Shown: piece by piece, positions 50,941 to 55,390 of the stretch
Layout of the letters: each line of letters starts with the position of its first letter
How positions within the stretch are numbered: position 1 is the first letter of the stretch
Assembly (NCBI GenBank): GCA_000708835.1
Contig: DF237396.1
Location: 22,125 to 77,514 of the forward strand
Source: Klebsormidium nitens
Taxonomy: Eukaryota > Plantae > Klebsormidiophyceae
DNA: 55,390 bases
Direction of reading: 5' to 3'
The notes under the pieces: generated by a model
Databases searched by the model: none
What the model saw: the letters and a program-made list of their open reading frames with translations, nothing else
Told to the model about the DNA's origin: nothing
Translations under genes and position numbers: made by a program

Positions 50941-51980
50941 AGCAGATCAACTCCTATAGTTCTGAGGTTCTTGGAACATATGCCAAGCTGCAGCTCCAAA
51001 TGGTTGCTATTGGCAACTTGCTTCTAAAAGGGAACCTCCCATACTAGGCGCACCACCACCACCAAGCCCGTGGCTGCTGTCTGAAACCAGGCACGCCCAC
51101 ACGACAGATCAATCTGTCAACAGGATTACATGCAAACTGCTCTGGACTCTGCCACCAGGCATGCATACGCTCGGCGTTGGAAAAGGATCTCTTATCAGCC
51201 ACAGCCTTGCAGGATGGTTTCTTTCGGTATAGCCCAGAGGGCAAAGAAATAGTGTACAGGTGATTGGATGGATTTATCTACAGGTCCTCACCTAGCGATC
51301 AAGCGTTCAATCCCTAGCAATATAACAGCGTCACTACATACATAAGATTATTTATCTATCAACTTTTTATCTAGATGGCTAATCTCAATGTATATCTGAA
51401 GTTGTATTGCTATGAATGGATCGCCTAATATACTAGTTATAGCAGGTCGACACATGATCCGGCCACCACAAACTGATCAGCACAATTCTGCCCTGGCACT
51501 CCGTGCTGTTCACTGAAGCTGCGCCACGGCCACGGTTGTCTGGTGCGCTAAAGCTTGGGGATCATCCTGGATTTCGACGGTTAGCGTGTACAGATAATCT
51601 TCATACGACTTCTCCGCCGTCGATTTTGGACGAGTGATCGCACCGCAGCAGTTCTTATCGTTTTTGGCGCACCAAGTTCAACCTGTTCTAGCTCACTTAT
51701 TCTATGCATGTCAGCTAGCAGCAGCACAGGGATATGGAAGATCATTTGCCAGATGTGGCAATGTGGGGATATGCAGCTGATGCAGGCCGCAGCTAGCACT
51801 GGCAGGGGGCTCGGGAGGAGAATACCCCGAGAATACTCTGCCCGAAGGTGGTCTCTTGGTGCCGCTGTGTGCATTGAAGAGCAGTGCCGGTTGAAAGGGT
51901 TGCAGAGGAGACAGGTCGGGGCAGGCGCCTGAGTTGAAATACGGACGCTTTACAGTTGAGAACACAGTCCCCTTGCAATC

Positions 51981-54900
51981 ATGGCTTCAAAGGTGAGCCT
52001 GGACGCCGGGGGGGACGCCGCTGTTTGTTTAATTCATGAGTAGCAGCTGTGAATATGACTTTGCTTAGGATCAAATCAGACAAGGGCTTTCTGAGTAGGT
52101 GCTTGTGATACCATCAGAATAAATGCTCTGGGTGGCATGCTATCGCAGAGTTCTTGCTGGCTAACCCTGATGATTATGGCAGACTCTTGTGCTTCTGAGT
52201 TACTTGCATTCCGAAGCAAGCAGAGAGGTTATCAGAATGGAAAGTTTCTGGCAGAATCTATTCGCTCTGCGACGACGAATTGCTCAGTCAAGCCTGCTGA
52301 AGTAGGGTGCTTCCGAGTAGGCGAAAGCAGAGTCCATACAAAGCTGTCTTGGCGATAACACTTTACTCACACCACTCCAGTTAGACCCTGATCAATGGTT
52401 TGCGTCTACTGTAGGCAGCAGAATTCGCGTCCCAGTTTGTAGAACTCAGCAGGAAGGGCCAGGCACTGGAGATGTTGCCAGACCTAAAGGAGGTGATCAT
52501 GGGAGTGGGAAGTCCGGGCTTTGCAATTTCCACCCAGGAGGAAACAGCAATGCGTTTGAAGCCAAACAAGATGTTCAGAAGGGTAAGTCTTCAGCTGCAC
52601 TTGACATACATCCTGATTTGCATCTGCTCTGCCCCCACGCTGCTTTTCCCCTAGCGCAGAGCGTTTGCTACCTCTATGCAGACAAGTTTGTTTTACGGTT
52701 GAAGTTTCAGCTGTGGACGGCTGCTGATTTGGAAAACGTCCAGGCAGCTTAATCTGTTCAGACAAAGCGGCATTTGATGGTAGTACGATAGCTGGCTGGA
52801 TGTTCGTTCATCTGAGACTTCAGATACTAGCCGGCCTGGCAGAGTGCGAGCATTCTTTTGGGGCAGCACTTTTGTTGTCATGGAAGCAGTGAGGACATGC
52901 GGCATCCTGACTTCAATATTGCATCAACAGGTCGGTCCTCAAGATTTGTGTTTTGCACTCTAGTGATTCCCTTCAAAACAGGTGTTCACAGTTGACCCCT
53001 GCTGGACCTGTTTATAAGGCCTGAAGCACTGTGAGCCTTATTGAGATACTGCAGTTGAAAAACACATGGGCTTGTTTTTGCCAGACAATGGTAGCACGCA
53101 TTTTCATCTATGTGCCAATCTCAGGTCACCTCCTCTGCAATAATCCATACGGACTTTTTATCAAAGCAGGGAGGGCCCCCAATCTGGCGCCAAAAGCTCT
53201 TATGATGTAATGGTTCTCCAAAAAGTGAAGCTCATCAAAAGAGAGTCTTCGTGTGTCTACATGGTCTCGGATGGAGTACTCTCTAGTTCCCTCTGGAGAG
53301 GGAGGGGGGGGGGATTGCCAAGAGCTGCTTGTAGATTGCTCGCTTCCTTTAAGTGCAGGTGCTGGCGTTGATGGAAAACAAGGAGGCGGTGGCAGCTTTG
53401 GTGTCTCTAATCATCCCCAAGGAAAGCACTCCTGATGACGCATACCACGTCATGCTGGGGGTGCTGCTCAAACTTAGCTCCATCCCCTCGTTTGCGAAAG
53501 AGGTGAGAGCCTGGTCGTACCGGAACTCAGAACACTGAGGCGACAGAAAAGCAGGTGTCCCATTTGCCATGTTTTTGTGCACACATGGAATCTTTCAGCA
53601 TTGGCGATACGGACTCCTGAAAGCGTGGAGGATGGCGGCATGCTTATGTGGGTCCTTTAGACATCCACGCCCTTTTGAAAGATACCAGATCTGAGCTACT
53701 CACAGTACTGTGGCGACATGAGAGGTCATGCGTCTTTAAGTTGCTGTCAACGGTTGCTCCAGTGCGCCCTTTGAAGATTGTCCACTCTGTTGTCCCCATT
53801 GCGGAGGCCTGAAGCCATTTTGCAGCTTGTTTGACTGAATACAGTACTTCCCCTACTTCAAAGACCTCGGAGTATCTCTCAAGGACAGATGTCTGTCGGT
53901 CCACATAAATCTTCTCTTATCCCTCGTTCATCTTCGCTTCTTCCTTCTCTTCACGCTTCCTTTTCTTATTTTCACTGCTTCTCCATGAACGTTCCTTCTC
54001 CCCCGGGTTTGCAGTTCGCCGACGTCCCAGCCGCGCCAGCTCTCCTCCTCTGCCAGCGCTTCCTCCTCCCGGAACTCGAAACCGCCTCGCGCAGGCGTGC
54101 CGCCTGGGACCCTAGCTACGTTAACGCTGCCTCCCTATACAACCAGCTTCTCAACAACTTGATCCGGCACAGCCCACGTTTCGCAGCGGACGCCCTAGAC
54201 TCCCGCCTGATATACGACTTGCTGCGCGCTTTCCCATTCGCCCCTCGGCCGTTTCTGGCCTGGGCGGCCACTCTTGAGGTGACATCTGTCACGAACCTAG
54301 CCAGTTACCAGGCATCGACGCTCGTCTGCCTCCAGGATACCAACCCCCAGGGTCCTCGAGACATCCGCCTGAAAGATCTAGACCTTGTGCGCAACTGGCT
54401 AGACCGGTTCCTGGGCTTTCTGGACGCCTTTAGGGGGCCGCTGCTCTCGCGCGGGGAGGGGGCCCGGTTTGGTGCCGCGGCAGTTTACGTGCTGCGCTTC
54501 GTGGATGTTGTGGAGGGCACAAAGGAAGTAAACCGGGCGCTCTTTACGTCGGCACGGCGGGCGGCAATGCTACTGACGGCGGAAAGGGTGTGCGCACTGG
54601 GGAAAAGCTATGAGGCGTTCGGGCGGCAGGTCGTGCAGACCGTGGACCGAGCGTGGGTGGAGATGGCACGAGTCGCCGCCGGAAAGGATAGCTGGGAACG
54701 GGACGAAAGGGCTCGCACTTCAGTAACTAGAGCAGAGGCGCTTTTTGACAAGTTGCGGACGGCCAAGGAGGATGGGGATACGTGGGGCTTCCAGCTTCGA
54801 GATCTGCACGAGGAGATGCAGAAAGGCGGGTTGCACGTGCAAGACGCGCAGAGGCTAGCCGCGCGGGGACTCGTCTCGCTGCTCGTTGACATTCTCGAGG

Positions 54901-55390
54901 GAGAGGATATGTCAAAGGAACGAAAACCAGGGCTCGTCTCTGGCACGACCGAGGGCCCTGTCTGGCCGGCCCTCGAAATGCTCGTGGCTCTTGCGGAGCC
55001 CTTTGACCCTGCGAACCCCGGCGGGAATGAGGCCTTCTGCCGGGAGCTTGCGGAAGCCGTGCCGCGGCTGTCGCGCTTTGCGGGAGGCGGGGCGGTCGGC
55101 GCACTCGGGTCGTTCGAGCTGCGCTTGCTTTTGGAGGCGCTCTTCACAGTGCTCAGATTGAATCCGGACGAACGGTGGGCGGCGCGCTGGCCGCTTCTGG
55201 ACGTCCTCCTCGCAGCATGCAAGCGGTTCATCCCGACCGATCCCGGCGCGTGGCGTGCATCTGGGACCGCATAGCCGACTGTCTACCGTTCCTCTCAGAT
55301 CCAACGGTTGAGACCCGTCGTGTAACGGCACGACTGCGCACCGACTCCCGGCTGCGCGCTGAACTCGCGGCCGCGCATCGTCCGTTATTA
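51981..55390 (+). CDS. Paralog of the MYND-finger gene (3' truncated by the window edge); apparent frameshift at ~55254
   Basis: Exons 51981-51992 (MASK), 52415-52582, 53359-53502, 54015->55390. The first three exon lengths (12/168/144 nt) are identical to the minus-strand paralog. Shared peptides include QEETA.RLKPNKMF.R, LALMENKEAVA, WLDRFLG.LDA, EAFGRQV, GPVWP.L, RWPLLDVLLAA.KRF. The MYND exon is not in the window. Confidence 0.8.

Overview
Intron-rich eukaryotic nuclear DNA of streptophyte type. It resembles a charophyte alga such as Klebsormidium, inferred from the plant-type COBRA, kinesin-14 and At3g48200-like genes. I could assemble six spliced genes by hand. (1) A 5'-truncated, very large + strand membrane-protein gene (<1-13272) with a Pro-rich stalk, two cadherin-like beta-sandwiches, seven Cys4 Ig-like repeats and a multipass TM module, At3g48200-like. 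(2) A COBRA-like GPI-anchored protein (15636-24624, +). (3) A plant-type kinesin-14 (25963-37498, -). (4) A CEK4-type ethanolamine/choline kinase (38481-44318, +). (5) and (6) are a head-to-head pair of paralogous helical-repeat genes (45906-50940 -, with a C-terminal MYND finger; 51981->55390 +, truncated), each carrying one reading-frame lesion. The most striking pattern is that in four genes, at seven splice junctions, the intron holds decayed tandem copies of the neighbouring exon boundary (acceptor plus exon start, or exon end plus donor). One copy is still in frame and could give an alternative kinesin motor. Also present are two kinds of TA-flanked MITE-like elements, intronic minisatellites and CATG-dense tracts at gene 3' flanks. 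No rRNA, tRNA or CRISPR array was found. All exon coordinates and alignments were made by eye, and family assignments rest on recalled motifs rather than database searches.
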